Source: a bacterium
GTDB lineage: Bacteria > Cyanobacteriota > Sericytochromatia > S15B-MN24 > UBA4093
Direction: 5' to 3'
Length of the DNA: 64,000 nucleotides
Assembly: GCA_017744355.1 (NCBI GenBank)
Contig: JAGIBK010000001.1
Coordinates: 771,694 to 835,693, forward strand
Under the pieces are notes generated by a model that searched no databases, had not been told where the DNA came from, and saw only the letters and a list, made by a program, of their open reading frames with translations. The translations under genes and the position numbers were made by a program. Position 1 is the first letter of the stretch. The number at the start of each line of letters is the position of its first letter. This document shows, piece after piece, positions 53,575 through 64,000 of the stretch.

Positions 53575-56193
53575 TCACAACAGGACTTGTACATACCCTT
53601 CCGTTCCGTGAACCCGGATTCTTTGCCCGTCTTTTATCAGTTTGGTCGCATTCTCCACGCCGACGACGGCGGGCAAGCCATACTCCCGGGCAATGACGGA
53701 TCCGTGGGTCATCAAGCCGCCCACCTCGGTGACAAGGCCTTTCAAGGATACGAACAAAGGCGTCCAGCTCGGGTCGGTGAAAGAAGTGACCAGGATATCT
53801 CCCGCTTCGAGGTTGGCATCTTTCAGGCTCGAAACGACACGAGCCCGTCCCTCGACGACTCCGGAAGAAACGGGAAGTCCGGCGATCGCATCGGCAGGGA
53901 GGTCCTCTCGTTTGTACGCACCCGCCAGGATTTCACCTTCAGACGTGAGCACTCGCGGTGGCGTGAGTCTTTCAAATACTCCAAACGCGACTTTTCGTTC
54001 GCTAATGATCGAGTCATCGAGCTCCTTGGTGCGTACGACTTCACGGAACTCCTCGAAGGTGAGGTAGTAAATATCTTCTTTCTCTCGGGTCACGTTGGCG
54101 GCCACGAGTCGTTCAGCTTCTTTCAGAAGCGCCTGCTTATAAACGAAGTACCGACTCACGATGCCGTATTTAGGATATTCACGGTAGCCGCTGAGATTTC
54201 GGACGAGGTTGATCATCCGTTTCGTCTCTTCGACTTTTTCCTCGCCATCCGGCAATTGCTTCACGCGCTCCAAGAGCTCATGCGCTTTGTCCAAGGCCTC
54301 TTGTCGCCCTTTCTCGAATTTCTGGTGGCTGGCATGAGGCGCAAAGTTCTGGATATTCCCGAGAATCATCGGGACGAGCGTGGTGGGCCTTTCCATCCAC
54401 CGCGGTCTGGTGATATCGATCTCACCGGCACACCGCATGCCGTATTTCTGGAGATAGGCCTGGATGGCTTCTCGGGCTTCTCGACCACCTTCGAGGTTCA
54501 TCAGTTCCTCAAAGAACCGATCATCGGTGGCATGCGGTAAGTAGCTGATGACCTCTGGATAGGGACGGATCACATCCGAGACATCCAGCAACTCTAGCCC
54601 CATCTCCGAGGTGATGTTGTTGGGGACGGCTTGAGAAAGCTTGTCTGCTACGTTTTTCTCTCCCAGCCACTCCTGCATCTTATCGTTGAGCCAGAATGCC
54701 GCATTCATCGCCGTGATGATCACGCCCAGGCTTTGCGGGTCGGCCATGAGTTTTCTCAGCTGCTGGATGTCTTCCAGGATGAAATCAAATAGCTCGGATC
54801 CTGATCTTGCCTGGATATCCTGTTTCAAGGCGTCGAGCGATGCTTGAGTGCTTCCAATCAAGTCAGAAACGGTCTCCGGATCGTAGTCGTTCAAGGTCTG
54901 AAGCGTCGCAGGCGATAAGCCTGGATGGCCTTTGCCGGAACTCGGTCCCTGGGGCTCCTCTTGGTGCAATTGGATAAAATCCCCTCGCTCCAAGAGGGTC
55001 GTCAGGGCATCCTTGATGAGCGGATCGGATTTTCCCAGGCCATTCACGATCATGCCGCGCTTGGCAGGAGAAGCCAGTTCCTGCGTGATGTCGACGAACA
55101 GGCGTCCACCTGCTTCAAACATGGGGCGAGCAGCCGTCAACTGGAAGAACGACAGCCCCAGGGGTTTCATGGGGTCGGTCATCATCTGCTGATGCCCGAC
55201 GGAGACATAGACGCGGTTTTCTTTATCACCGGCCTCGGGGATGGGGTACAGCGTCGTGATCGGCCGACTCTGGACGATATGAAACGCATCATCTGCCAGG
55301 CACCATTCGATGTCCTGGGGCTGGCCGAAATGTTCTTCGAGCTTTCGCCCCAAGCGCTCGAGCCGCAAAATCTGCTCATCCGTGAGCGCTTGCCGATTTT
55401 GCAGCGCTGGCGGGATCTCCCGTTCTTTCGTACCGCCGTCTTTCAAAGCATCGTACGATAGCCTTTTGGCAGCTATCTTCTTGTCGATGATCTTGCCATC
55501 ACGCAGTTTGTAGGTGTCGGGGTTCACCAGGCCGGAAACCAGGGCCTCACCGAGACCGAAACTCGCTTCAATGGCGGACGCCTTCCGATTGGATGTGACA
55601 GGGTCGGCCGTGAACAAGGTTCCCGCCGCCTCCGGGATGATCATCTCCTGGACGACGACAGAGAGATGAACCTTGCGGTGGTCGTAGCCGTTTTGAAGGC
55701 GATAGGCAACCGCTCTCTCGGTGAAGAGCGAGGCCCAGCACTTGCTGATGTGCCGGAGGATGGATTCGCATCCGATGATGTTCAAATAAGTATCGTGCTG
55801 CCCGGCGAAGGAGGCCGTCGGCAGATCCTCTGCCGTTGCGCTGGATCGTACGGCATAGGCGTTTTTCGCTCCGAGCCTGGAGAGATGACGGGTGATCGCT
55901 TCCTGGATGTCTTCGGGGATGGTAAGGCCTTCGATGATCCTGCGAATTCTGCCGCTCAAGCCGCTGATTTCAGCCCGATCTTCGATGTTCAGAAGCGATA
56001 ACTGGTCAAGAAGCTCCAGGACCGACGGCGTTTCCTCGATGATTCGCTTGTAGGCTTCGGTCGTGACACAGAATCCCTCTGGTACGCGGAGGCCTTCCAC
56101 CCGGGAGATTTCACCCAAGTTCGCACCCTTGCCGCCTACAGCCAGGAAGCTTGTTTTGTCGATGTCCTGAAAGCCCAGAACGTATGAACTCAT
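53575..56193 (-). CDS. Rifampicin phosphotransferase-like PEP-utilising enzyme (PEP synthase family, 872 aa)
   Basis: N-terminal ATP-grasp/PPDK_N-like region. C-terminal swivelling phosphohistidine domain GGLMTHGSVIAREYGLPAVVG at the extreme C-terminus. Size matches the Rph family. Low GC. Confidence 0.65.
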   Translation of the reverse strand: MSSYVLGFQDIDKTSFLAVGGKGANLGEISRVEGLRVPEGFCVTTEAYKRIIEETPSVLELLDQLSLLNIEDRAEISGLSGRIRRIIEGLTIPEDIQEAITRHLSRLGAKNAYAVRSSATAEDLPTASFAGQHDTYLNIIGCESILRHISKCWASLFTERAVAYRLQNGYDHRKVHLSVVVQEMIIPEAAGTLFTADPVTSNRKASAIEASFGLGEALVSGLVNPDTYKLRDGKIIDKKIAAKRLSYDALKDGGTKEREIPPALQNRQALTDEQILRLERLGRKLEEHFGQPQDIEWCLADDAFHIVQSRPITTLYPIPEAGDKENRVYVSVGHQQMMTDPMKPLGLSFFQLTAARPMFEAGGRLFVDITQELASPAKRGMIVNGLGKSDPLIKDALTTLLERGDFIQLHQEEPQGPSSGKGHPGLSPATLQTLNDYDPETVSDLIGSTQASLDALKQDIQARSGSELFDFILEDIQQLRKLMADPQSLGVIITAMNAAFWLNDKMQEWLGEKNVADKLSQAVPNNITSEMGLELLDVSDVIRPYPEVISYLPHATDDRFFEELMNLEGGREAREAIQAYLQKYGMRCAGEIDITRPRWMERPTTLVPMILGNIQNFAPHASHQKFEKGRQEALDKAHELLERVKQLPDGEEKVEETKRMINLVRNLSGYREYPKYGIVSRYFVYKQALLKEAERLVAANVTREKEDIYYLTFEEFREVVRTKELDDSIISERKVAFGVFERLTPPRVLTSEGEILAGAYKREDLPADAIAGLPVSSGVVEGRARVVSSLKDANLEAGDILVTSFTDPSWTPLFVSLKGLVTEVGGLMTHGSVIAREYGLPAVVGVENATKLIKDGQRIRVHGTEGYVQVLL

Positions 56194-56656
56194 GTCTTTC
56201 GCTCCTTTGGGAATCCTCTCATCAGTACCCGGATTTCAGCTCGTCCATCTCGGTGAAAGCCGGCACCAGCAGGCCATCATGCGGTAAGCCCCCCCGGTTG
56301 CGGCAAGCCCCCTCGCAAGGTATATACTTATAGTGGGGAAAGCTTCTCTATCCCTCTTGGATCAGGCGTGCGACTCCACTCGGGGTTTCTCTCAGCCGCC
56401 CACACACCTTCTTACGATGTCCTGGTGACAGCTCGAAACTCGTCCAGCCAGGCTCACTCACCCCCCGGAACTGCGATTCGTTTCGCTTTCCGGGGGGTTT
56501 CCTATCTAGACATACTGATTCTCGCTTGCCATCCGATCTGCAAGCATATTGCTCGGATGATCACTCGATGCGCGGTCCAAGGACCATTCCTCTGAAAGCC
56601 TGAAGCAGCGACATCCTTCCGAAAGCCTACAATGAGATTACGATGGAGGAATCACC

Positions 56657-57394
56657 ATGGATTTGAACATTCAGGGAAAACGCGCGCTGGTCATGGGCGC
56701 CTCGAGCGGCCTTGGCCGAGCGATCGCAAAGGCGCTGGTCGATGAGGGCGTGAAAGTGGCTATCTGCGCGAGGGGCGAGGCACGTCTCTTGGAGACGGCC
56801 AACGCGATCGGAGCAGAGCTGGCTTTGACTTGCGATCTCGCTCAGCCGGGCGGCGCGGAAGCCCTCATGCGCCAAGTCATCGAGCGCTTGGGCGGGATCG
56901 ACATTCTCGTGACGAATACCGGCGGGCCGCCTAAGGGGAACTTTGCCGATCTGTCTGCCGGAGCATGGCAAACGGGATTCTCCGGTCTTTGGATGAGCGC
57001 GGTGGAGGCCATTCGCGTGGCCCTCCCCGGAATGAAAGCGCGCCAGTGGGGGCGTATTCTGCTGGTTACCTCGGTTGCCGCCAAAGAGCCCTTGGCAGGT
57101 CTGACCGTCTCCAACGCCCTGCGAGCTGGACTTTTGGGGCTGACCAACAGCCTCAGCCGAGAAGTGGCGGCGGAAGGGATCACCGTTAACGCCCTCATGC
57201 CGGGTTATACCAAGACCGAGCGATTGGCGGAACTCGGGATCCCCGACGAGTCCTTGACGGATCAGATCCCAGCCGGACGACTGGGACGCCCGGAAGAGTT
57301 GGGAGCCCTGGCGGCCTTCTTGGCTTCCGAACAGGCAAGCTACATCACGGGCCAGGCGATCGCTTGTGACGGTGGCTATCTGAGAAGTATCTAA
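56657..57394 (+). CDS. Short-chain dehydrogenase/reductase (SDR) family oxidoreductase
   Basis: Coenzyme-binding motif GASSGLGRAIA. NTGG motif. 245-aa classical SDR. Confidence 0.8.
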   Translation: MDLNIQGKRALVMGASSGLGRAIAKALVDEGVKVAICARGEARLLETANAIGAELALTCDLAQPGGAEALMRQVIERLGGIDILVTNTGGPPKGNFADLSAGAWQTGFSGLWMSAVEAIRVALPGMKARQWGRILLVTSVAAKEPLAGLTVSNALRAGLLGLTNSLSREVAAEGITVNALMPGYTKTERLAELGIPDESLTDQIPAGRLGRPEELGALAAFLASEQASYITGQAIACDGGYLRSI

Positions 57395-57460
57395 CGGGAC
57401 TTCAGCCATCCCCGAGGAAACTTTCTAGCCTCATCCTGCCAAATTTGGCAGCCTGTTGTG

Positions 57461-57978
57461 TTAATACAACAAGCTGCCTTTTTTGTTGTGGCTCTGGAAG
57501 AAGCCTTTTGCCGATTTGGCACCTTCCGGATCGATCTCAAAGGGTTGTGCCGAAGACGGCAGACGTTTGATGTCGCGCTTCGGCGGCAGGCCAAACTGCC
57601 TCATGTATTTGCGGCTGAACTGGGATGGGCTGACGTAGCCAAGCCGCAAGGCAGCACGACTGGCATCGAGGTCCTCGACGAGCATCAAGCGCCGCGCTTC
57701 CTGGAGGCGCAACTGCTTCAGGAACTGCAAAGGGCTCATCGAGGTGCTCTCGCGGAAGTAATGGTGCATCGACGAGGGCTCATTGCTGCCCTGCTGGCGA
57801 GTTCCTCCACGCTGAGTGGCTCGGCGTAGTGTTGAGGGAATGGGATCGCAAGGTCCACATTGCCGCTGCCCCAACGTGCAAACTTGGCGGCCATCTCCGA
57901 GCGCAATGCCGCAGTATCCAGGCGTTGCGCGTGATGTCTGATCGCATCGCTCATCCCGCTTTTCTCCGTTCGGTCCAT
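57461..57978 (-). pseudogene. AraC-family regulator remnant: frameshifted, N-terminal sensor domain lost
   Basis: The two AraC HTH halves lie in different frames. [15 protein letters not shown] is in ORF 57736..57978. [28 protein letters not shown] is in ORF 57461..57874. Only about 55 aa lie upstream, so there is no sensor domain. Confidence 0.55.
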
Positions 57979-58172
57979 CGGCTAACCCCGTGCGGCCGTA
58001 TACCTCGTCTCATGGCGCACCTTTGCTGGTCGTGGAGGATTGTGCAAGAAGTCTGGAGGATTCACCTACTTTGTTCGCCCTCCCCTGAGTACGATGACCT
58101 CGCCCTTTCGGTGGCCTTGAGCACCCGGGAGGCTCCCCAATCGTCTTCTAGCGACCAAGAGGAGGACTGAGG

Positions 58173-58580
58173 ATGAAACTCCAGCGCAGCGGTTCACAGC
58201 CCTCCGTGAAAGGACCGGCTGAAAACTTCACCGGCAACGTCCGCATCGATCCCCTGTTCCAGGCTCCCGGTCCGGGTAGCGTTAGCGGATCCTATGTCAC
58301 CTTCGAACCAGGGGCCCGCTCGGCCTGGCACACGCACCCGCTGGGCCAGACCCTGATCGTGACGGCCGGCTGCGGCTACGTTCAGAGCGAGGGCGGCCCG
58401 CTCAAGGTCATCCGGCCAGGGGACGTGGTCAGCTGCCCACCCAATGAGAAGCACTGGCACGGTGCCTCGCCGACCACGGGCATGACCCACATCGCCATTC
58501 AGGAGGCGCTTAACGGCAAAGCCGTCGAATGGCTGGAAAAGGTCAGCGACGAAACGTACTACGCCACCCCCGAGGCGTGA
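58173..58580 (+). CDS. Cupin-domain protein (135 aa)
   Basis: Two-His cupin motifs ([14 protein letters not shown]... [10 protein letters not shown]). Confidence 0.6.
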   Translation: MKLQRSGSQPSVKGPAENFTGNVRIDPLFQAPGPGSVSGSYVTFEPGARSAWHTHPLGQTLIVTAGCGYVQSEGGPLKVIRPGDVVSCPPNEKHWHGASPTTGMTHIAIQEALNGKAVEWLEKVSDETYYATPEA

Positions 58581-58594
58581 GAAAGGAATCCCCC

Positions 58595-58918
58595 ATGTCC
58601 GACAACCGACCGCCCTCTGCTGCTCAGAAGCAGTTCGGAGAAATCGCGCCAAAGCTCGCAGAGCTGACCGACCGGGTGCTGTTCGGCGAGGTGTGGCCTG
58701 GCCCGGAGCTCTCCCAGCGCGATCGCAGCCTGGTGACCGTCACGGCCTTGATTGCGGGCGGGCACACCGAACAGCTGCCGTTTCACATGAACCGGGCCCT
58801 TGAGAACGGGGTGACGCGAGACGAGATCATCGGCATCATCACTCACCTCGCGTTTTATGCCGGATGGCCTCGGGCCATGTCCGCCATTCAAGTCGCAAAG
58901 GAAGTCCTCACGAAATAG
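58595..58918 (+). CDS. Carboxymuconolactone decarboxylase (AhpD-like, CMD) family protein (107 aa)
   Basis: The CMD-family pattern (EVWPGPELSQRDRSLVTVTALIAGGHTEQLPFHMNRALENGVTRDEI...HLAFYAGWP) is present. ATG at 58595. Confidence 0.6.
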   Translation: MSDNRPPSAAQKQFGEIAPKLAELTDRVLFGEVWPGPELSQRDRSLVTVTALIAGGHTEQLPFHMNRALENGVTRDEIIGIITHLAFYAGWPRAMSAIQVAKEVLTK

Positions 58919-58988
58919 GCGGCCAAACGGTGTAGCACAACCCAAGACACCGATCGCTATCGTCTTTGAACAGACAAGGAGTATCACC

Positions 58989-59090
58989 ATGCGAGCAACG
59001 ATCCTGTACGGACCACGCGACGTGCGTTTTGAAGCGCGAGACGAAAGGAGCGGGGGTGTCCACGAATCGGAGCAAGGCCACTCTGGCTGA
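58989..59090 (+). pseudogene. Zn-dependent alcohol dehydrogenase N-terminal stub (33 aa)
   Basis: Strong AAGGAG RBS and MRATILYGPRDVRFE, a classic Zn-ADH N-terminus. The ORF terminates after 33 codons. Confidence 0.35.
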
Positions 59091-59239
59091 CCTCCTGATC
59101 GCGTCACCTCCGCCACGATGCTTCAGGCGGTAGGCCTATTCCAAGCAGGCTTTACGGTGGGGCACGACGGGCATTGTGGACCAACAATGACGGAGGTAGT
59201 GTATCGGCGCCAAAAGCACATGCATGGAGGAGGTTCCGC

Positions 59240-59827
59240 ATGAAAGCAAGCAGTCTGGCCGCATTAGCCCTCATGTCAGCAGGTTGCGCTGCCCAGGCCC
59301 CGACGATCGGCCAGACCCCGGAAAGCAAGCCGGCGCCGACCGTTGCCCATGTCACTGCCGAAAACCCGCCTGCCAATACCGATCGCGCCGTGGCCATGGG
59401 GCCGATGGGCCAGCCGAGCATGGGCCGATCGAGAGGCGGGCCTGGAATGGGGCGATCGAGAGGCGGGCCGGGCATAAGGCAGGGCAACTTTCCGCGCGCG
59501 AGAGGGCGGTACCTGCCCCCCACGACCTTCATGGGTCCAGCGCAGCCGGTTCCGATGGGGCCATTTGACGTGACCCCCGGCCGCGCGCCCCAGACCCAGG
59601 ATGAATGGGACTACGTCCTTTCCCGCCTCTCCTGGGGCCAGAAGATGACCTTGATCAACCAGATAAAGGGGCAAGTCGGCATGCAACCCTCCGTCTTCCC
59701 GCCTTACAGCGGCCCGCCTACCAGCGCGCCGCAAGATCCCTGGGCGGGGCGGGGCGGCATCCGCAGCACTCCCGATACGACGTTCCTCCCGCCGCAGCCG
59801 CAGCCAGTTCCGGTGACCGGCGAGTAG
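59240..59827 (+). CDS. Lipoprotein with tandem MGRSRGGPG repeat (about 196 aa)
   Basis: GGAGGAGG RBS. MKASSLAALALMSAGC is a lipoprotein signal. A direct DNA repeat encodes MGRSRGGPG twice. Confidence 0.5.
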   Translation: MKASSLAALALMSAGCAAQAPTIGQTPESKPAPTVAHVTAENPPANTDRAVAMGPMGQPSMGRSRGGPGMGRSRGGPGIRQGNFPRARGRYLPPTTFMGPAQPVPMGPFDVTPGRAPQTQDEWDYVLSRLSWGQKMTLINQIKGQVGMQPSVFPPYSGPPTSAPQDPWAGRGGIRSTPDTTFLPPQPQPVPVTGE

Positions 59828-60363
59828 CCGCTCACTTGGGAAGTAAGCGGAACCCATGCCAGGCTCGGTGATGAGGTGTGTGCTCCGGAAGGAGACACTC
59901 GTCCAGCCAAGCCCACTCACAACCCCCTGGAAAAGACCAGGGGGGCTTTTCTTTTGGTTAGAAATCAAGCAGGTCATCGAGGTGCTCCAACACAAGCATT
60001 CATTCCTGGTATTCTTGCGCCCGAGGATCTGTGGCAGCCGGTGCAACACACCACCCAGCAACCACGAGAGACGGACGTTTCGCAGGGTCACGCCATCTCC
60101 TCACCCCGGTTCCTCAACGCAGTTGGGCACGCTTGACGATGGTACGTCCAGATCGCTTCGGTCGAGTGGATCATGTCTGCAACGCTAACCAGATGAAACG
60201 TGTCCCGTATCATCTAGCGCTTGGTGTCGCTCATCTTCAATCAAGCCCTTCTGCACGCATGATTAGGCGTCTTGCTGACGGCTCTCATCATTTCAATGTT
60301 GTAACGTCTTGACATTCTTGAAGAACACACCTCGCTCGTTGAAGCCGAAACACCTGTGACTTC

Positions 60364-61203
<840 letters not shown>

Positions 61204-61415
61204 CGATGCTTCAGAAATTAGGGTGAGCGTTTTCTCGACGAGCCCAGTGCTGGATTCAAGGCCCAGGTAGAGATACCTGGGCCTCTTCTTGTTCGCCTAG
61301 CCAGGATTGACGTTCTTCCGAAAAAAAGATCCTGCTGAAAGGTCCATGCTTCGCTTACCACGGCCGAGGCGTAAAGGCCGTGCATGGATGCCCCCTTGCA
61401 CGCCGGGCACGGTAC

Positions 61416-62549
61416 TCAGAGTCTGCCCTGGCCCCGCAGCGCTTGGTCCAGGTCCGCGCATAGGTCCTCGGGGTGTTCCAACCCCACGGACAGCCGTAGC
61501 AAGTTGACCGGGGTTTTAGTGGACGGGCCTTCAATCGAAGCCCTGTGCTCGATCAGGCTCTCGAATCCACCCAGGCTCGTCGCTCTCGTGAACAAGCGGA
61601 CGCGGGCCGCCACCGCCATGGCTTCGTCATGGCCACCCTTGACCTGGAAGGAGAGCATCCCGCCGAAAGCGCGCATCTGACGGGCGGCAATGTCGTGGCC
61701 TGGATGCGTGGGCAGGCCCGGATAATGGACGAGCTCGACGGCCGGGTGGGCGTCAAGGAAGCCGGCCAAGGCCATCGCATGATCGGCGTGGGCGCGCATG
61801 CGAAGTGGCAAGGTCCGCAGCCCGCGCAGCGCCAACCAGGCCTCGAACGGCGAGGGCACCGCGCCGGCCTGAATCTGAAGCTCCCGGATACGCTTGAACA
61901 GTGGCGTGGCGCTCTTCGAGACGACCATTCCACCCAGCACGTCGTGGTGGCCCCCGATGTATTTGGTCGTCGCATGCACCACGAGGTCGACCCCGAGGTC
62001 GAGCGGCCGCTGGAAGATGGGCGTGCACCAGGTGTTGTCGCAGGCCACGGCCGCACCGCTCGCCTTGGCCAAGGCCACAACCGCGGCAATGTTCGTGACT
62101 TTCAGCAACGGGTTGGACGGCGTTTCGATCCAGACCAGGCGGGTGGGCGTCTCCAATGCCTCCCGCACCTGGGCGAGGTCGTCCATATCCACGAAGGCCA
62201 CGTCGAGGCCCCAGGGCAGGAAGACATCCCGCAGAATCTTGCCGACGCCCATGTAGGCGTCATTCGGCGCAACGACTCGATCACCGGGCGCGAGTGCTTG
62301 GAAGACGGCAGTCGCCGCGGCCATGCCGGAGGAGAAAGCTGCCGCGGCTTCGCCGCCTTCGAGCAGGGCCATCGCTTCTTCCAGTGCCGCGCGGTTGGGG
62401 TTGGAGTCTCGGCTGTACTCGAAGCCGCGCGGGTACTCCCCCGACGGGTCACGCTCAAAGGTGGTCGACAGCGAGATAGGCGGGGCGATCGCCCCCGTCG
62501 CAGGATCAGGACGTTGGGCCGCATGGACGGCGAGAGTCTCGAGATGCAC
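61416..62549 (-). CDS. PLP-dependent Cys/Met-metabolism enzyme (cystathionine gamma-synthase/beta-lyase / O-succinylhomoserine sulfhydrylase family)
   Basis: PLP-lysine region HATTKYIGGHHDVLGG. 377-aa fold-type I. Cannot distinguish MetB, MetC and MetZ from sequence alone. Confidence 0.8.
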   Translation of the reverse strand: MHLETLAVHAAQRPDPATGAIAPPISLSTTFERDPSGEYPRGFEYSRDSNPNRAALEEAMALLEGGEAAAAFSSGMAAATAVFQALAPGDRVVAPNDAYMGVGKILRDVFLPWGLDVAFVDMDDLAQVREALETPTRLVWIETPSNPLLKVTNIAAVVALAKASGAAVACDNTWCTPIFQRPLDLGVDLVVHATTKYIGGHHDVLGGMVVSKSATPLFKRIRELQIQAGAVPSPFEAWLALRGLRTLPLRMRAHADHAMALAGFLDAHPAVELVHYPGLPTHPGHDIAARQMRAFGGMLSFQVKGGHDEAMAVAARVRLFTRATSLGGFESLIEHRASIEGPSTKTPVNLLRLSVGLEHPEDLCADLDQALRGQGRL

Positions 62550-62602
62550 GGTGATTCACTCTTTCTTTAAGGGCAGCGCTTCAACCAGGAATACAGGCTC
62601 GC

Positions 62603-63250
62603 TCATGGGCGCACCAGCCCGGTGAACGAGACACCTTCAGCCAGCTGGCTATCCGGCACTGGCGCCTCCATCGTCAGCTTGAGCGGCACCACGCCGGCCC
62701 AGACCGGAAGCGCATAATCGTCCTCATCATCGACAGGGCCCCCCGTGCGGATCTTGGCGGATGCCTCGGCGATCGGCAGCGCCAAGACCATCGTGCCGGC
62801 GAGCTCGGCAGAGCTAGGTTGGCGTGCCACCTCCCAGCGCCCTGGGGTCAGGTGTTCGGTGAGCGCCCGCAGCGCTTCTCGCTTGGCGCTTTCGTCCTCC
62901 ACGAGACTCGCCTGGCCGAAGACAACCACAGAGCGATAGTTCATGGAGTGGTGAAACGCCGAGCGTGCCAGAACCAAGCCATCGAGGAGGGTGACGGAGA
63001 GGCAGACATCCGCGCCAGCCCTGAGCGTTCGCAAGAGACGGCTTGCGGCAGCGCCATGGAGGTAAAGCGTCTCATCTATCCGAGCGTAGGCCATGGGGAT
63101 CACGAAAGGCTGGCCGTCGGCGACAAACCCGACATGGCCGACAAGGCCCTCATCCAGGATGGCGTGGACCACCTCTCGATCGTAGGCGGCTCGCTTGGCT
63201 CTGCGCTTGATGGTTGAGCGCTCGGTGGGCGGATAAATCCGGTCGGTCAT
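62603..63250 (-). CDS. Pyridoxamine 5'-phosphate oxidase-like FMN-binding protein (215 aa)
   Basis: ATG at 63250 with an AGGAGA RBS. PNPOx-like split-barrel pattern. The track ORF has an unsupported 61-codon 5' extension. Confidence 0.55.
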   Translation of the reverse strand: MTDRIYPPTERSTIKRRAKRAAYDREVVHAILDEGLVGHVGFVADGQPFVIPMAYARIDETLYLHGAAASRLLRTLRAGADVCLSVTLLDGLVLARSAFHHSMNYRSVVVFGQASLVEDESAKREALRALTEHLTPGRWEVARQPSSAELAGTMVLALPIAEASAKIRTGGPVDDEDDYALPVWAGVVPLKLTMEAPVPDSQLAEGVSFTGLVRP

Positions 63251-63395
63251 GGGGCATCTCCTGGGACGAGGGGGGTGAACGAGAAGCAGACCTGGCTTTC
63301 GCAGCCCAAGCTGCACGGTTAGAATAAGGCGAAGATTGGTCTGGCAAAATAGCCAATTTCTTCTTAAACCACCAAGCCATTGCGAGGTATCCGCC

Positions 63396-64000
63396 GTGGA
63401 GCTGTCCCTCACGCTCGACAACGCCGCCCCCACGCCGCTGTACCACCAGCTCTACGAGGCGTTACGCCAGGCCATCCTGTCGCGACGATTGGCGCCGGGC
63501 GATCGCCTTCCCTCGACGCGAGACCTGGCCAACGCACTTGCAGTCTCGCGCACGACCGTCACCGTCGCCTACGATCAGCTCTTCGCTGAGGGCTACCTCG
63601 TGGCCCGCACCGGCGCCGGCACCTTCGTAAGCAGTGAGTTGCCCGATGCGTTGCTCAAGCCCGCGGCACCCGAGTTTGCCGCTCCGGCCACTCGTCCGCC
63701 ACTGCCCCTCTCCGCCTATGGGGTTCGCCTGGCATCAGCGGGCCCCCTGCGCGGCGCGAGTCACCCCGCGGCCATCACCTTCGGCCACTACGGCCGCCCA
63801 GCCCTCGATGAGTTTCCCATCGACATCTGGCGCCGGCTGATGCTGCGCCATGCCCGCTCAGGACGCGCACCGCTCGGCTATACCGAAGACGCCCAGGGCC
63901 ATGCCCCTTTGCGTGAGGCCTTGGCGACGTACCTGCAACGATCACGGGCCGTACGCTGCACCCCCGAGCAGATCGTGATTGTTGGCGGTTCGCAGCAGGG
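63396..64000 (+). CDS. MocR/PdxR-type GntR-family regulator (HTH + aminotransferase-like domain), 3'-truncated by the window edge
   Basis: GntR wHTH (PLYHQLYEALRQAILSRRLAPGDRLPSTRDLANALAVSRTTV) followed by an aminotransferase class I/II start. Divergent from the PNPOx-like gene. Confidence 0.7.
   Translation, partial: MELSLTLDNAAPTPLYHQLYEALRQAILSRRLAPGDRLPSTRDLANALAVSRTTVTVAYDQLFAEGYLVARTGAGTFVSSELPDALLKPAAPEFAAPATRPPLPLSAYGVRLASAGPLRGASHPAAITFGHYGRPALDEFPIDIWRRLMLRHARSGRAPLGYTEDAQGHAPLREALATYLQRSRAVRCTPEQIVIVGGSQQ

Noticed and set aside
59425-59480. The roughly 27-bp direct repeat (ggccgatcgagaggcgggcc x2) as a possible CRISPR-like or regulatory repeat
   Set aside because: There are only two copies, they are in-frame within a lipoprotein gene, and they encode a duplicated MGRSRGGPG peptide. 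This is a simple intragenic duplication.

Overview
The window is GC-rich bacterial DNA (roughly 65-70% GC, with lower-GC patches near 7.5 kb, 18.6-20.4 kb and 50-61 kb). It reads as a large integrated accessory region followed by ordinary chromosomal genes. (1) 1-7.47 kb, + strand: the late end of a prophage. It holds a baseplate-protein C-terminus, two tail-fibre genes (one carrying the conserved tail-fibre N-terminal motif), a probable fibre-assembly gene, small phage ORFs and a lysis cassette (XhlA-like membrane protein, M15-family endolysin, holin). (2) 7.5-39.3 kb, essentially all on the - strand, is a dense defence island. It begins with a stand-alone EVE/PUA-like domain gene. Next is a complete type 2 BREX/Pgl locus in canonical order (pglW-pglX-pglY-pglZ-brxD-brxHI), with every stop/start junction 4-bp overlapping (ATGA/GTGA) except the 13-bp gap between pglW and pglX. 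Then comes McrBC with a long N-terminal extension on McrB. Last is a tightly coupled six-gene operon that I cannot assign to any described system, and I rate it the most interesting part of the window. That operon is: WYL-domain regulator, small PD-(D/E)xK protein, AddB-like subunit, AddA-like (UvrD helicase + RecB nuclease) subunit, DEDDh (DnaQ-like) exonuclease, and an ADP-ribosylglycohydrolase carrying an unknown N-terminal domain. (3) 39.4-52.0 kb, mostly + strand, holds further candidate defence cargo. This includes an HSDR_N-type nuclease domain fused to about 10 ankyrin repeats and flanked by membrane/lipoprotein genes. It also includes an SF2 DEAH helicase with a C-terminal nuclease-like domain, followed by a GTPase with a DUF697-like tail. 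(4) A 3'-half tRNA remnant sits at about 52.23-52.28 kb. It looks like an integration att repeat and probably marks the right boundary of the element. (5) 52.5-64 kb holds chromosomal-type genes: lipoproteins (one with a CAG/CAA poly-Q tract), a rifampicin-phosphotransferase-like PEP-utilising enzyme, an SDR, a cupin, a CMD-family protein, a MetB/MetC-like PLP enzyme, a PNPOx-like protein and a partial MocR/GntR regulator. This stretch shows gene decay (a frameshifted AraC regulator and a 33-aa ADH N-terminal stub). No CRISPR array, integrase or transposase was seen. Coordinates follow the supplied ORF track. Where I read positions directly from the sequence, allow +/-1-2 nt.
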